Below, in pieces: positions 17,876 to 26,885 of a DNA stretch of 64,000 nt. A program made the position numbers and the translations under genes. The first letter of the stretch is position 1; the number at the start of each line of letters is the position of its first letter. This DNA is from Xanthobacteraceae bacterium (GTDB taxonomy: Bacteria > Pseudomonadota > Alphaproteobacteria > Rhizobiales > Xanthobacteraceae), in assembly GCA_022844205.1 (NCBI GenBank), contig JALHMF010000004.1:52979-116978 (forward strand), given 5' to 3'. Below the pieces are notes generated by a model that saw nothing but the letters and a program-made list of their open reading frames with translations, searched no databases and had not been told where the DNA came from.

Positions 17876-18624
17876 ATTCGGATACGTTCCTCGAAACCAA
17901 AGCGGTTACCAAGAAATTCGGTGACTTCACCGCCGTCCGCGACGTGAGCGTGAAGTTCAAGCGCGGGGAACTGACGGCGATCATTGGTCCGAATGGCGCC
18001 GGCAAGAGTACCTATTTCAATCTGCTCACCGGCGCCTTCACGCCGACATCGGGCGAGATCGTCTTTAACGGAATCGACATCGCCGGCCAGCCTCAGCATC
18101 GCTATACGCATCTGGGCATCGCGAAGTCGTTTCAGATCACGACCGTGTTTCCCTATCTTAGCGTATTTGAAAATGTGCGGCTTGCGGCACAGGCGCGGGT
18201 CGTGACCTTCGACCTTTTCCGTCCACGCACGGCCTACCGCGAGGTTTCCGAAAAAGCCGATGAAATTCTGAGGCGCGTGAACCTGATCGGCCAGCGAGAA
18301 AGGATCGCCGCCAAGCTGTCGCATGGCGAGCAGCGCTCGTTGGAGATCGGCATGGCGCTGGCCGCCGATCCAACGCTGTTGCTGCTGGACGAACCGACCG
18401 CCGGCATGTCGCCCGAAGAGACACGCGATATGATCGACCTGATCGTGACGCTCTCCGCCGACCGTACGGTGATCCTCGTCGAACATAAAATGAAGCTGGT
18501 GATGAGCATCTGCAAGAAAATCATCGTGCTGCATCAGGGGGGGCTGCTCGCTGAAGGCGCACCCGACGATGTACGGCATAACGACACCGTGAAACGCGTC
18601 TATCTTGGTCAGAAGGCGGTCTGA
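17872..18624 (+). CDS. ABC transporter ATP-binding protein, LivG type
   Basis: 250 aa from ATG 17872 (ATGA overlap with the permease stop). It has Walker A GPNGAGKST, signature LSHGEQRSLEI and Walker B LLLLDEP. Confidence 0.9.
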   Translation: MNSDTFLETKAVTKKFGDFTAVRDVSVKFKRGELTAIIGPNGAGKSTYFNLLTGAFTPTSGEIVFNGIDIAGQPQHRYTHLGIAKSFQITTVFPYLSVFENVRLAAQARVVTFDLFRPRTAYREVSEKADEILRRVNLIGQRERIAAKLSHGEQRSLEIGMALAADPTLLLLDEPTAGMSPEETRDMIDLIVTLSADRTVILVEHKMKLVMSICKKIIVLHQGGLLAEGAPDDVRHNDTVKRVYLGQKAV

Positions 18625-19328
18625 TGCTCTCCCTCAAGGACATCAATGCCTGGTACGGACTGAGTCATGTCGTTCAGGGAATTTCCCTGGATGTCAGGCC
18701 GGGCGAGGTCGCCGCGATCCTCGGGCGCAACGGCGCCGGCAAAACGACGCTGCTGCGAACGATCATGGGCCTGATCGACCGCCGCTCCGGGATCGTTGAG
18801 TTCGACGGTACCGACATCATGCAGATGCCGATTCACGAGCGTTATCACCGAGGCCTTGCCTATGTCCCGGAAGACCGGCGCATCGTGCCTGGCCTCAGCG
18901 TGCGGGAAAATTTGCGGCTCGGGTTTGTCGGCCTGCGTGCCAAGGCCGAGGAAGAAGCCGTGATCGCCGAGGCGTGCGAGACGTTTCCGCGACTGCGGCA
19001 GCGTCTCGATCAGGAAGGGGTCACGCTCTCCGGTGGCGAACAGCAGATGCTGGCGATCGCGCGGGCGCTCGTAGCAAAGCCCCGAATGATACTTCTCGAC
19101 GAGCCTTCCGAAGGCATCATGCCGGTCTTGATCGACGAAATGTACGAGTTGTTCAAGCGCTGGAAGCAGCAGGGATTGTCCGTCATTCTCGTCGAACAGG
19201 ATGTGGAGCGGGCCCTCGAAGTGGCCGACCGCGCTTACATCGTAGATCAGGGCAGAATCATTTTCGCCGGTACGGCGAAAATGCTGCTGAATGACCGCGA
19301 GATGCAGGAACGTTATTGCTCGGTGTAA
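18624..19328 (+). CDS. ABC transporter ATP-binding protein, LivF type
   Basis: 234 aa with Walker A GRNGAGKTT, signature LSGGEQQMLAI and Walker B ILLDEPS. The start overlaps the previous stop. Confidence 0.9.
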   Translation: MLSLKDINAWYGLSHVVQGISLDVRPGEVAAILGRNGAGKTTLLRTIMGLIDRRSGIVEFDGTDIMQMPIHERYHRGLAYVPEDRRIVPGLSVRENLRLGFVGLRAKAEEEAVIAEACETFPRLRQRLDQEGVTLSGGEQQMLAIARALVAKPRMILLDEPSEGIMPVLIDEMYELFKRWKQQGLSVILVEQDVERALEVADRAYIVDQGRIIFAGTAKMLLNDREMQERYCSV

Positions 19329-19378
19329 GCTCGTTCGCTGTCGAAATGTGATGACTGGGGAATTGGACTGGAGGCGAC

Positions 19379-19828
19379 GTGGCGCTTGAAATGAGCGGCG
19401 AGTACGAACTACCGCAGGATCGCAAGACCGTCTGGAAGGCGCTCAACGATCCGGAAATCCTGAAAGTCTGCATTCCCGGCTGCGAAACGTTGGAGAAAAT
19501 TTCCGACACGGAATTTCAGGCCGTCGTGAAACTGACGATCGGTCCGGTCAGCGCGCGCTTCAAGGGCAAAGTGAGGCTCGACGATCTCGACCCGCCGAAT
19601 TCCTACACGATCGCCGGCGAAGGCGAGGGGGGCGTTGCCGGCTTTGCAAAGGGAAGTGCAGCGGTATCGCTTTCCGATGTGGCGGAAGGCACCAAGCTCT
19701 CCTATAAAGCCTCGGCCGCGACCGGTGGAAAGATCGCGCAGCTTGGCCAGCGGCTGGTCGCAGGATCGGCCAAGAAAACCGCCGACCAGTTCTTTACCAA
19801 TTTCGTGAATGCGCTGAATTCCTTGTGA
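19379..19828 (+). CDS. CoxG-like SRPBCC-family protein (carbon monoxide dehydrogenase subunit G family)
   Basis: 149 aa from GTG 19379, with an alternative ATG at 19391. EYELPQDRKTVWKALNDPEILKVCIPGCE and GPVSARFKGKVRL are typical CoxG N-terminal blocks. It is the last gene of the Mo-hydroxylase/ABC operon. Confidence 0.85.
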   Translation: MALEMSGEYELPQDRKTVWKALNDPEILKVCIPGCETLEKISDTEFQAVVKLTIGPVSARFKGKVRLDDLDPPNSYTIAGEGEGGVAGFAKGSAAVSLSDVAEGTKLSYKASAATGGKIAQLGQRLVAGSAKKTADQFFTNFVNALNSL

Positions 19829-20111
19829 ATACGGAAATTTGATTCGACGTAGACGCATGGAAAGTTCCGGGTAATCATCGCTCGTAGAGGCTCTAAATCG
19901 ATTTACCTCAACCGGTCATTGTACCCGAGAGCACAGGACTAGGGCGTTCCTTCGTGGAAGCGGGCCGTCAAACATTGTTCCTGTTCCGGCAAAAATACCT
20001 CCGACAGCGGGTGCTTCGGCCCACATGCTCGTCATGAGCGAGGCACATCGGCGCGGAATTCTGAAGAGATATGCTGCTTGCTATAATAATGAGCAGCCCG
20101 CGGGCCGAGCC

Positions 20112-20747
20112 TTATGGTCTTTCCACGACCGCGACTGCAGCTTCGTTGCGCCGCAGGAAGGGCAGCGTGAAGGGCGCATCGTAATTGAGCACATAAGGAA
20201 CCCCGGTCGGACGCCACTGCGATTCACTGAGCGCCGCGACAAGTTCAGACTGGCGGTCTGCGAAATCATTGCCCGGTCCGGAGAAACGCAAGGTTGCAAT
20301 CGTCTCGCCCGGGACAGTGACGATTTTCACCCGGCTATCTAAGGGCTTAGGCGCGCTGTCCCGGGTGTATTTCGCCGGCAAGAAGAATTGCATACGGAGC
20401 GCGCCTATTGCTTCCGAGGCTTGAACTGGAGCCGTCATCGCTATCCGTTCCTTGTCGCGGACCTCGACCGGCACGGTCATGGCGATCTTCGTACTTGCAA
20501 AAGCGGCACTCTGATTGGCACCCGAAATATACGCAAATAGCAACCGAAAGGCTTCGCCGCGCCCTTCGTTGCCAGTAGCCGGTACCTCAACTTCTGCTGC
20601 CACACGTGGCCCATACTGGCGAATTTCGACGCGATCCGCGATCCTTGCGATGATGTGGTAGCGCGGCTCCTCATAAAGACGGATACCAAAAACGCCAATT
20701 AGGCTTTCGAGCGCCAGGACAGAGTAATACGTTATCGATTCAAACAT
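20112..20747 (-). CDS. SOUL haem-binding family protein with N-terminal hydrophobic anchor or signal
   Basis: 211 aa. YEEPRYHIIARIADRVEIRQYGPRVAAEV, IAMTVPV (present twice) and YDAPFTLPFLRRNEAAV match the SOUL/HBP22 family pattern. Confidence 0.8.
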   Translation of the reverse strand: MFESITYYSVLALESLIGVFGIRLYEEPRYHIIARIADRVEIRQYGPRVAAEVEVPATGNEGRGEAFRLLFAYISGANQSAAFASTKIAMTVPVEVRDKERIAMTAPVQASEAIGALRMQFFLPAKYTRDSAPKPLDSRVKIVTVPGETIATLRFSGPGNDFADRQSELVAALSESQWRPTGVPYVLNYDAPFTLPFLRRNEAAVAVVERP

Positions 20748-20843
20748 CGTCGCAACTCACTCTTGTTTGTCGCGGCATTGCCTGCTCACAGGGCTAGCTC
20801 TGCCGCAACACAATCAACTGATGCCTGAGTAACGCATTCTCTG

Positions 20844-20885
20844 CTTCATCACCATATTGCAGAATCCGGTTTTTGGTATAAACAG
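20844..20885. repeat. copy B of the ~43-nt repeated motif (see 1287-1329)
   Basis: cttcatcaccatattgcagaatccggtttttggtataaacag matches copy A at 37 of 43 positions. It lies inside an AT-rich non-coding stretch. Confidence 0.6.
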
Positions 20886-21026
20886 GCTCTCACGATCCTT
20901 AAGCCAACTGAACTTAGTCATATTGCCAAATATTGATCGGCTTCCACAGGGTGTCTGCCAAAAACCTTATCCGATTTGATGACGCCAATCCCTGTAAATT
21001 TCCCTTTTATCAGGGAATTGGTGCTG

Positions 21027-21056
21027 GAGGCGGGTTCGAATCCTAGTCCCCAGCCA
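21027..21056 (+). other. tRNA 3'-end-like relic (T-loop consensus plus CCA) with no matching 5' half
   Basis: The sequence is ggaggcGGGTTCGAATCCtagtccccagCCA. GGTTCGAATCC is the canonical T-arm/T-loop string, but the 3' T-stem (cctag) no longer pairs with gcggg. No complementary acceptor 5' strand (ctgggga) is present upstream. Confidence 0.4.
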
Positions 21057-21245
21057 ATGTTCGACATATATGGTTTTTCCTTTTGAACTCATCTCTTCTG
21101 AATCTTTAAAACACCGGCCAGTTCAACTGCCTCTCAGTACAGTCATTCAAAATTGGTTGACGGCTCATTCCTGAAACACCACAATTCGCTCTGAACAAAA
21201 AAAGTCTTCGCCGCAGGCTGTCGGCTTTCCATCAGGACATTTTCA

Positions 21246-22121
21246 GTGCGCGACATAGACAGCAAGACGATCACGGATGCGGTGATCGGCTATTGCGAGC
21301 CGGAAACCGATGAACGGCTGAAATATCTGCTCACCCACGGGCTTGCCCATCTCCACAACTTCATCCGCGAAGTCCGCCCGACCCATGCGGAGTGGCGCGC
21401 GGTCATCGACAAGCTCACCCGCGCAGGCTCCATCACCACCGATGAGCGCAATGAATTCGTGCTGTTTTCCGATGTGCTCGGCGTTTCCTCGCTCGTGGAC
21501 ATGCTGAATTCCGATCCGTCCGCGACGGCGGCCAGCGTTCTCGGGCCGTTTCACATCCACGATGCACCGGAACTGAAAGTCGGCGGCGATTTAATCCGCG
21601 GCAATCCGGGCGAGCAGGTTGTCGTCTCGGGGCATGTCCGCGATGCCGGCGGAAAGCCGGTGGCGGGGGTGACGATGGATCTTTGGCAGACGGCCGAGAA
21701 CGGCCTCTATTCCAACCAGGACCCGAACCAGCCCGATTACAATCTTCGCGCCACCATGAATCTGGGCCCGGACGGGCGCTATCTCTTCACCACGGTGAAG
21801 CCCGCTCCTTATACCGTGCCGGACGATGGACCGGTCGGCGACCTTTTGAGGGCCACCGGCCGCCGCGCCTGGCGGCCCGCGCATTTTCACGTCATCGTGC
21901 GCGCGGACGGTTACAAGCCGATCGTGACCGAGTTGTTTCTTTCCGACGATCCGTATCTCGACCGCGATGCGGTTTTCGGCGTGCGGAAATCGCTCGTGGT
22001 CGAATACAGACCGCGCCACAGCATCGAAGGTTTGCCTTCGGACCTGGAAGCAAGATCCAGAATGAAAATTCCGTTTTCCGTCATCGACTACGATTTCGTG
22101 CTTGTGCGGGAAAAAAGATAG
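21246..22121 (+). CDS. intradiol ring-cleavage dioxygenase, hydroxyquinol 1,2-dioxygenase type
   Basis: 291 aa from GTG 21246. It has an N-terminal helical domain (NEFVLFSDVLGVSSLVD) and a catalytic core with GPFH, DLWQTAENGLYS and WRPAHFHV (Fe ligands Tyr/His), as in catechol/hydroxyquinol 1,2-dioxygenases. Confidence 0.85.
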   Translation: MRDIDSKTITDAVIGYCEPETDERLKYLLTHGLAHLHNFIREVRPTHAEWRAVIDKLTRAGSITTDERNEFVLFSDVLGVSSLVDMLNSDPSATAASVLGPFHIHDAPELKVGGDLIRGNPGEQVVVSGHVRDAGGKPVAGVTMDLWQTAENGLYSNQDPNQPDYNLRATMNLGPDGRYLFTTVKPAPYTVPDDGPVGDLLRATGRRAWRPAHFHVIVRADGYKPIVTELFLSDDPYLDRDAVFGVRKSLVVEYRPRHSIEGLPSDLEARSRMKIPFSVIDYDFVLVREKR

Positions 22122-22158
22122 AGACCGGATGAACAAACGACCAACGGGGAGTTACGCC

Positions 22159-23151
22159 ATGAAATTCAGGAAAACGATCGGGCGGGCAGCGCTCGCACTG
22201 ACACTTGCAATGCTGCCTTCGGCCATTGCAAACGCGCAAGACTACCCTTCGCGCACCATCACCCTTGTCGTGCCGCTGGCGGCCGGTACCGGCATGGATA
22301 CCGCCGCGCGCATCTACGGGGAAGAATTGTCCAAACGTCTCGGCAAGCCGGTGGTGATCGAGAACCAGCCGGGTGCGGCCATGATGACCGCGGCATCGTC
22401 GGTGGCGCGCGCGAACCCGGACGGTCACACGCTGCTGGTTGCCGCGATTGCGCCGATGGCGATCAATCAAACGCTCTACAAGCAGATTTCCTACAACCCC
22501 GACAAGGATTTCACGCCGATCGCCCTCTACGCGAAATCGCCGTTCGTTCTGATCGTGAACCCTTCTTCCGGAATCGACAGCATCGGCGCCTTCATGAAAA
22601 AGGCGAAGGAGAGTGCCGCCAATCCGATCACCTACAGCACGCCGGGTGCCGGCTTTCTGCAGCACCTGACGATGGAACACATGAAGCAGCAGTTCAAATT
22701 CGACGCGACGCATGTGCCGTATAAGTCCTCGCCGCAGGCGATCAGCGACGTGGTCGGCGGCCATGTGCAGTCTTCCATCGCGGAGATGGGCGCTTCGCTC
22801 GGCCTGATCCGCGAAGGCAAACTGAAGGCGCTGGCGGTAACTTCACTCAATCGGCTGAACAGCTTGCCGGATGTGCCCACGATTTCGGAAGCGACAGAAC
22901 TCAAGGGCTATGAGGCGGTGTCGTGGCATGTATTGCTGGCGCCTTCCGCCACCCCGCGTGCAATCGTGGACCGGCTGCACAAGGAGATTAAGGAAATCAC
23001 CGGCGACAGTGCATACAAGAGCCGCATTGCCGCGACCGGTCTCATTCCGATCGATACCGAGTCGATCGAGGATGTGACCAAATATATCCGTGCCGAACGG
23101 GCGCGCTGGAGTGGTGTGGTGAAGGCACTGGGCATGGAGGGATCGCAATAG
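22159..23151 (+). CDS. Bug/TctC-family tripartite tricarboxylate transporter substrate-binding protein
   Basis: About 330 aa from ATG 22159 (MKFRKTIGRAALALTLAMLPSAIANAQDYPSRTITLVVPLAAGTGMD). The YPSRxITLVVP...G..D block is the Bug-family N-terminal hallmark. Confidence 0.85.
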   Translation: MKFRKTIGRAALALTLAMLPSAIANAQDYPSRTITLVVPLAAGTGMDTAARIYGEELSKRLGKPVVIENQPGAAMMTAASSVARANPDGHTLLVAAIAPMAINQTLYKQISYNPDKDFTPIALYAKSPFVLIVNPSSGIDSIGAFMKKAKESAANPITYSTPGAGFLQHLTMEHMKQQFKFDATHVPYKSSPQAISDVVGGHVQSSIAEMGASLGLIREGKLKALAVTSLNRLNSLPDVPTISEATELKGYEAVSWHVLLAPSATPRAIVDRLHKEIKEITGDSAYKSRIAATGLIPIDTESIEDVTKYIRAERARWSGVVKALGMEGSQ

Positions 23152-23178
23152 CTCGACAGAATTTCTTTTGAAATAAAA

Positions 23179-23201
23179 GAGGCGCCCGTGATGGGCGCCT
23201 C
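23179..23201 (-). terminator. perfect 9-bp GC-rich hairpin (gaggcgccc-gtgat-gggcgcctc), followed on the minus strand by TTTTATTTC
   Basis: The arms are exact reverse complements. A T-tract is present only in the minus-strand reading, so this is a likely rho-independent terminator for the ugp-glpK transcript, about 275 nt beyond the glpK stop. Confidence 0.5.
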
Positions 23202-23205
23202 CGAA

Positions 23206-23340
23206 GTGGTGCCTGAAGTGAGCGGCGAATACGAACTGCCGCAAGATCGTGCAACCGTCTGGAAGGCACTCAACGAAATCCGGAAATCCTGAAGGTTTGC
23301 ATTCCGGGTTGCGAATTGCTCCGGTCAACGCCCGCAAATC
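23206..23340 (+). pseudogene. decayed 5' fragment of a coxG paralogue
   Basis: gtggtgcctgaagtgagcggcgaatacgaactgccgcaagatcgtgcaaccgtctggaaggcactcaacga aligns base by base with the coxG start at 19379. A 2-nt insertion (gaAAtccgg versus gatccgg) shifts the frame to TGA at 23290-23292. After GCE the match jumps to the PVSARFK region (ccggtcaacgcccgcaaatc), which indicates an internal deletion. Confidence 0.75.
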
Positions 23341-23474
23341 TTGCGCAGGAAATCCGCGACGTGCCGGGCAGGGACCGTTGCTCGTGTTGCTGGGTGAGGC
23401 GCTGAAGACGGGTACGAGCGCTGGTCTCTCTCTGGAAACGATTCCCGCGCTGCAATCCGCGGCGCAATAGACCT

Positions 23475-24971
23475 TCAGGTGCCCGGCTGGATTAAGCGTC
23501 CGACCGCGTCCTTCCAGCCCGCAAGCTTGCGCGCGCGCGTGGCTTCGTCCATTTGCGGCATGAAGCGGCGCTGCAACCGCCAGCTTCCCGAAAATTGTTC
23601 AAAGCCCGGATAGACGCCCGCAGCCAGCCCCGCAAGATAGGCCGCACCGAGCACGGTCGTTTCCAGAATTTGCGGCCGATCGACGGGTGCATCCAGCAGA
23701 TCGGCCAGCCGCTGCATGGTCCAGTCGGAAGCGACCATGCCACCGTCCACGCGCAGCACGGTTTTCGCCGCCGCACTTTCCTGCCAGTCCGCCTGCATCG
23801 CGCGCAGGAGGTCGGAGGTCTGGAAGCAGACGCTTTCCAGAGCGGCGCGGGCAAGTTCCGCCGGGCCGGTGCCGCGCGTCAGTCCGAACAACGCGCCGCG
23901 CACATCCGGATTCCAGTAGGGCGCGCCCAGACCGACGAACGCGGGGACCAGATACACGTCCTGTGCCGGGTCGGCATCCGGCGCCAGCGCATCGGAACCC
24001 TTCGCGGTTTTGATGATTCCCAATCCGTCCCGCAGCCATTGCACGGCGGCACCGGCGATGAAGATCGAACCTTCCAGCGCATAGGTCCGCTTGCCGCCGA
24101 TCTGGTAGGCGATGGTGGTGAGAAGCTTGTTCTTCGAGGCGACGGCGCTCGTACCCGTGTTCAGCAGCGCGAAGCAGCCCGTGCCGTAGGTCGACTTGAT
24201 CATGCCCGGCGCGAAGCAGGCTTGGCCGACGGTCGCCGCCTGCTGGTCGCCGGCGATGCCGGTGATCGCAATCGGCGTGCCGAAGAGTTCCGGTGCCGTT
24301 GTTCCGAAAGGACCGGATGAGTCGCGCACCTCCGGCATCAGCGCGCGCGGAACGTCAAAGAGCTTTAACAAATCGTCGTCCCACCGGCCTTTATGGATGT
24401 CATATAAAAGAGTGCGCGAAGCGTTGGTCGCGTCGGTGGCGTGCACTTTACCGCCGGTGAGTTTCCAGAGAATCCACGTATCGACCGTCCCGAAGGCAAG
24501 CTCGCCGCGTTCCGACCGTGCTCGCGCCCCGGAAATGGAATCCAGAATCCACGCGATCTTGGTCGCGGAAAAATACGGATCGAGCAGCAGACCGGTTTTC
24601 GCGGCGACGAGCGGCTCGAAGCCTTCCGCTTTCAACTTCGCGCAGACATTCGCCGTGCGGCGATCTTGCCAGACGATGGCGCGGCCAAGCGCCTGGCCGG
24701 TCTTGCGATCCCAGATCAGCGTCGTCTCGCGCTGGTTGGTGATTCCGATGGCAGCGATGTCCTTCGCGATTGCCCCGGCCTTTTCCATTGCCGCGCGGCA
24801 GGTCGCGAGCGTTGTCTTCCATAAATCTTCCGGCTCGTGCTCCACCCATCCCGACGCAGGAAAATGCTGCGAGAATTCCTGGTGGGCGCTGGCCGCAATG
24901 GAAATATCAGTCCGAAACACCAGTGCGCGCGATGAAGTCGTTCCCTGATCGATCCCGAGGACGAACGTCAT
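23475..24971 (-). CDS. glpK: glycerol kinase
   Basis: 498 aa. [24 protein letters not shown] and GDQQAA are FGGY-kinase/GlpK blocks. The start overlaps the ugpC stop by 1 nt. Confidence 0.95.
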   Translation of the reverse strand: MTFVLGIDQGTTSSRALVFRTDISIAASAHQEFSQHFPASGWVEHEPEDLWKTTLATCRAAMEKAGAIAKDIAAIGITNQRETTLIWDRKTGQALGRAIVWQDRRTANVCAKLKAEGFEPLVAAKTGLLLDPYFSATKIAWILDSISGARARSERGELAFGTVDTWILWKLTGGKVHATDATNASRTLLYDIHKGRWDDDLLKLFDVPRALMPEVRDSSGPFGTTAPELFGTPIAITGIAGDQQAATVGQACFAPGMIKSTYGTGCFALLNTGTSAVASKNKLLTTIAYQIGGKRTYALEGSIFIAGAAVQWLRDGLGIIKTAKGSDALAPDADPAQDVYLVPAFVGLGAPYWNPDVRGALFGLTRGTGPAELARAALESVCFQTSDLLRAMQADWQESAAAKTVLRVDGGMVASDWTMQRLADLLDAPVDRPQILETTVLGAAYLAGLAAGVYPGFEQFSGSWRLQRRFMPQMDEATRARKLAGWKDAVGRLIQPGT

Positions 24972-26032
24972 CAGATCCTGCGGCCGCTGCCGCTGTCGAA
25001 GAGATGCAAATGCTCGCGGGCGGCACTTACAGTAATCCTGCCGCCGACTTTCGGGATGTTGTCGTAGAGACGAACGATCACTTCCTTGCCGGTCGGGAGC
25101 TTTCCGTAAATGAAGGTTTCCGCGCCGACGGCTTCCACCACCATGACTTCGAGATCGAACAGGGCACCGCCTTCGATGCCGGAAAGAGTCAAGTGCTCCG
25201 GGCGCACGCCGAGCACGGCCCCTTGCTTCGGAACCGCGAAACCCCTTGCGCCCGAGAGGCCGCCACCTTCGGCGCTTAATCCATCTCCGTCCGCGCGGAC
25301 CGGAATGAAGTTCATCGCCGGCGCTCCGATAAATCCGGCGACGAACATGGATGCCGGCCGTGAGTAGAGTTCCAGCGGAGGCCCGATCTGCTCGATCTGG
25401 CCTAGATTAAGCACCACCAGAATATCCGCGAGCGTCATCGCCTCCAGCTGGTCGTGGGTAACGTAAACGCTGGTGACGTCGAGCGAGCGCTGCAGTTTTT
25501 TGATCTCGACCCGCATCTGCCCGCGCAGCTTGGCGTCGAGATTGGAAAGCGGCTCGTCAAACAAGAACACGGCGGGCTTGCGCACGATCGCGCGCCCCAT
25601 CGCAACGCGCTGGCGCTGGCCGCCGGACAAGTCGCGCGGGCGGCGCTTCAGATACGGCTCGATCTCCAGCATCTTCGCGGCTTCACGCACCCGCGTCTCG
25701 ATCTCGGCCTTGGGCGTGCCGCGATTGCGCAAGCCGTAAGCCATGTTGTCGTAGACCGACATATGCGGATAGAGCGCGTAGTTCTGGAACACCATCGCGA
25801 TGTCGCGCTCGGAGGGTTCGATGTCATTGACGATGCGCTCGCCGATCCGGATTTCGCCGGAGGTGATGGTTTCGATGCCCGCGATCATGCGCAGCAGCGT
25901 GGATTTTCCGCAGCCGGAAGGCCCGACCAGCACGCACAAAGCGCCATCCGGCACGTCGAAGCTGACACCCTTCACGGCCTCGATGCCGCCGGTATAGGTC
26001 TTGCGGACGTCGCGGAGTTTTACCTCGGCCAA
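24971..26032 (-). CDS. ugpC: sn-glycerol-3-phosphate ABC transporter ATP-binding protein
   Basis: 353 aa with Walker [10 protein letters not shown], signature [10 protein letters not shown], Walker B FLFDEPLS and a MalK-type C-terminal regulatory domain. Confidence 0.9.
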   Translation of the reverse strand: MAEVKLRDVRKTYTGGIEAVKGVSFDVPDGALCVLVGPSGCGKSTLLRMIAGIETITSGEIRIGERIVNDIEPSERDIAMVFQNYALYPHMSVYDNMAYGLRNRGTPKAEIETRVREAAKMLEIEPYLKRRPRDLSGGQRQRVAMGRAIVRKPAVFLFDEPLSNLDAKLRGQMRVEIKKLQRSLDVTSVYVTHDQLEAMTLADILVVLNLGQIEQIGPPLELYSRPASMFVAGFIGAPAMNFIPVRADGDGLSAEGGGLSGARGFAVPKQGAVLGVRPEHLTLSGIEGGALFDLEVMVVEAVGAETFIYGKLPTGKEVIVRLYDNIPKVGGRITVSAAREHLHLFDSGSGRRI

Positions 26033-26033
26033 T

Positions 26034-26885
26034 TCACTTCTCCGTTTCCACGAGACCGCGCACGAACAGCTTCTGCATCAGGATCACGACCGCTACCGGC
26101 GGCAGCATGGCGAGCATCGCGGTCGCCATCACGAGTTGCCACTCGGTGATCGCGTCGGCGGTGACGATCATTTTCCGGATGCCGATGACGATGGTCTGCA
26201 TCTCGTCGCGCGTGGTGATCAGCAGCGGCCAGAGATACTGGTTCCAGCCGTAGATGAAGAGAATGACGAAAAGTGCGGCCATGTTGGTGCGCGATAGCGG
26301 CAGCAGCGTATCCTTGAAAAAACGGAACGGCCCCGCGCCATCGATGCGCGATGCCTCGACGAGTTCGTCGGGGACGGTCATGAAGAACTGGCGGAACAGC
26401 AGCGTCGCGGTCGCGGACGCAATCAGCGGCAGCGTCAGTCCCGCATAAGTGTCGAGCAGGTTGAGGTCGGCGGCGATCTTGTAAGTCGGATAGATGCGCA
26501 CTTCCACCGGCAGCATGAGCGTCACGAAGATCACCCAGAACGCGGTCATCCGCAGCGGAAAGCGGAAATAGACGATGGCATAGGCGCTGATGATCGAGAT
26601 CGCGATCTTTCCGCAGGCGATCACCATCGCCATGATAAAGCTGTTCAGGAGCATGGTGCCGACCGGCTCGCGCGTGGTGCCGGATGTGCCGATGAAAATC
26701 GTGCGGTAGTAATTCTCCAGCATCTGCGAGCCGGGCCAGGGCGGCATCTGGCCGTTGGAGATGATGGTCGGCTCGTGCGTGGACGCGACGAAGGCGAGAT
26801 AGACCGGGAAGGCGACAATGGCGATCCCGATCCAGAGCACCAGATGCGGGATGACGCCTCGCCAGAATGTGCGCTGTTCGACCAT
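26034..26885 (-). CDS. ugpE: sn-glycerol-3-phosphate ABC transporter permease
   Basis: 283 aa, a MalG-type permease with EAA loop [20 protein letters not shown]. Confidence 0.85.
   Translation of the reverse strand: MVEQRTFWRGVIPHLVLWIGIAIVAFPVYLAFVASTHEPTIISNGQMPPWPGSQMLENYYRTIFIGTSGTTREPVGTMLLNSFIMAMVIACGKIAISIISAYAIVYFRFPLRMTAFWVIFVTLMLPVEVRIYPTYKIAADLNLLDTYAGLTLPLIASATATLLFRQFFMTVPDELVEASRIDGAGPFRFFKDTLLPLSRTNMAALFVILFIYGWNQYLWPLLITTRDEMQTIVIGIRKMIVTADAITEWQLVMATAMLAMLPPVAVVILMQKLFVRGLVETEK

Noticed and set aside
20025-20342. 105-aa ORF on the plus strand
   Set aside because: It overlaps the 3' end of the SOUL-family gene in antisense and has no supporting motif or RBS.
20975-21056. Possible intact tRNA gene ending at the CCA at 21054-21056
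   Set aside because: Only the T-loop string and the acceptor 3' strand are recognisable. The T-stem pairs at 3 of 5 positions, and no acceptor 5' strand (ctgggga), D-arm or 7-nt anticodon loop can be found upstream. It is treated as a relic.
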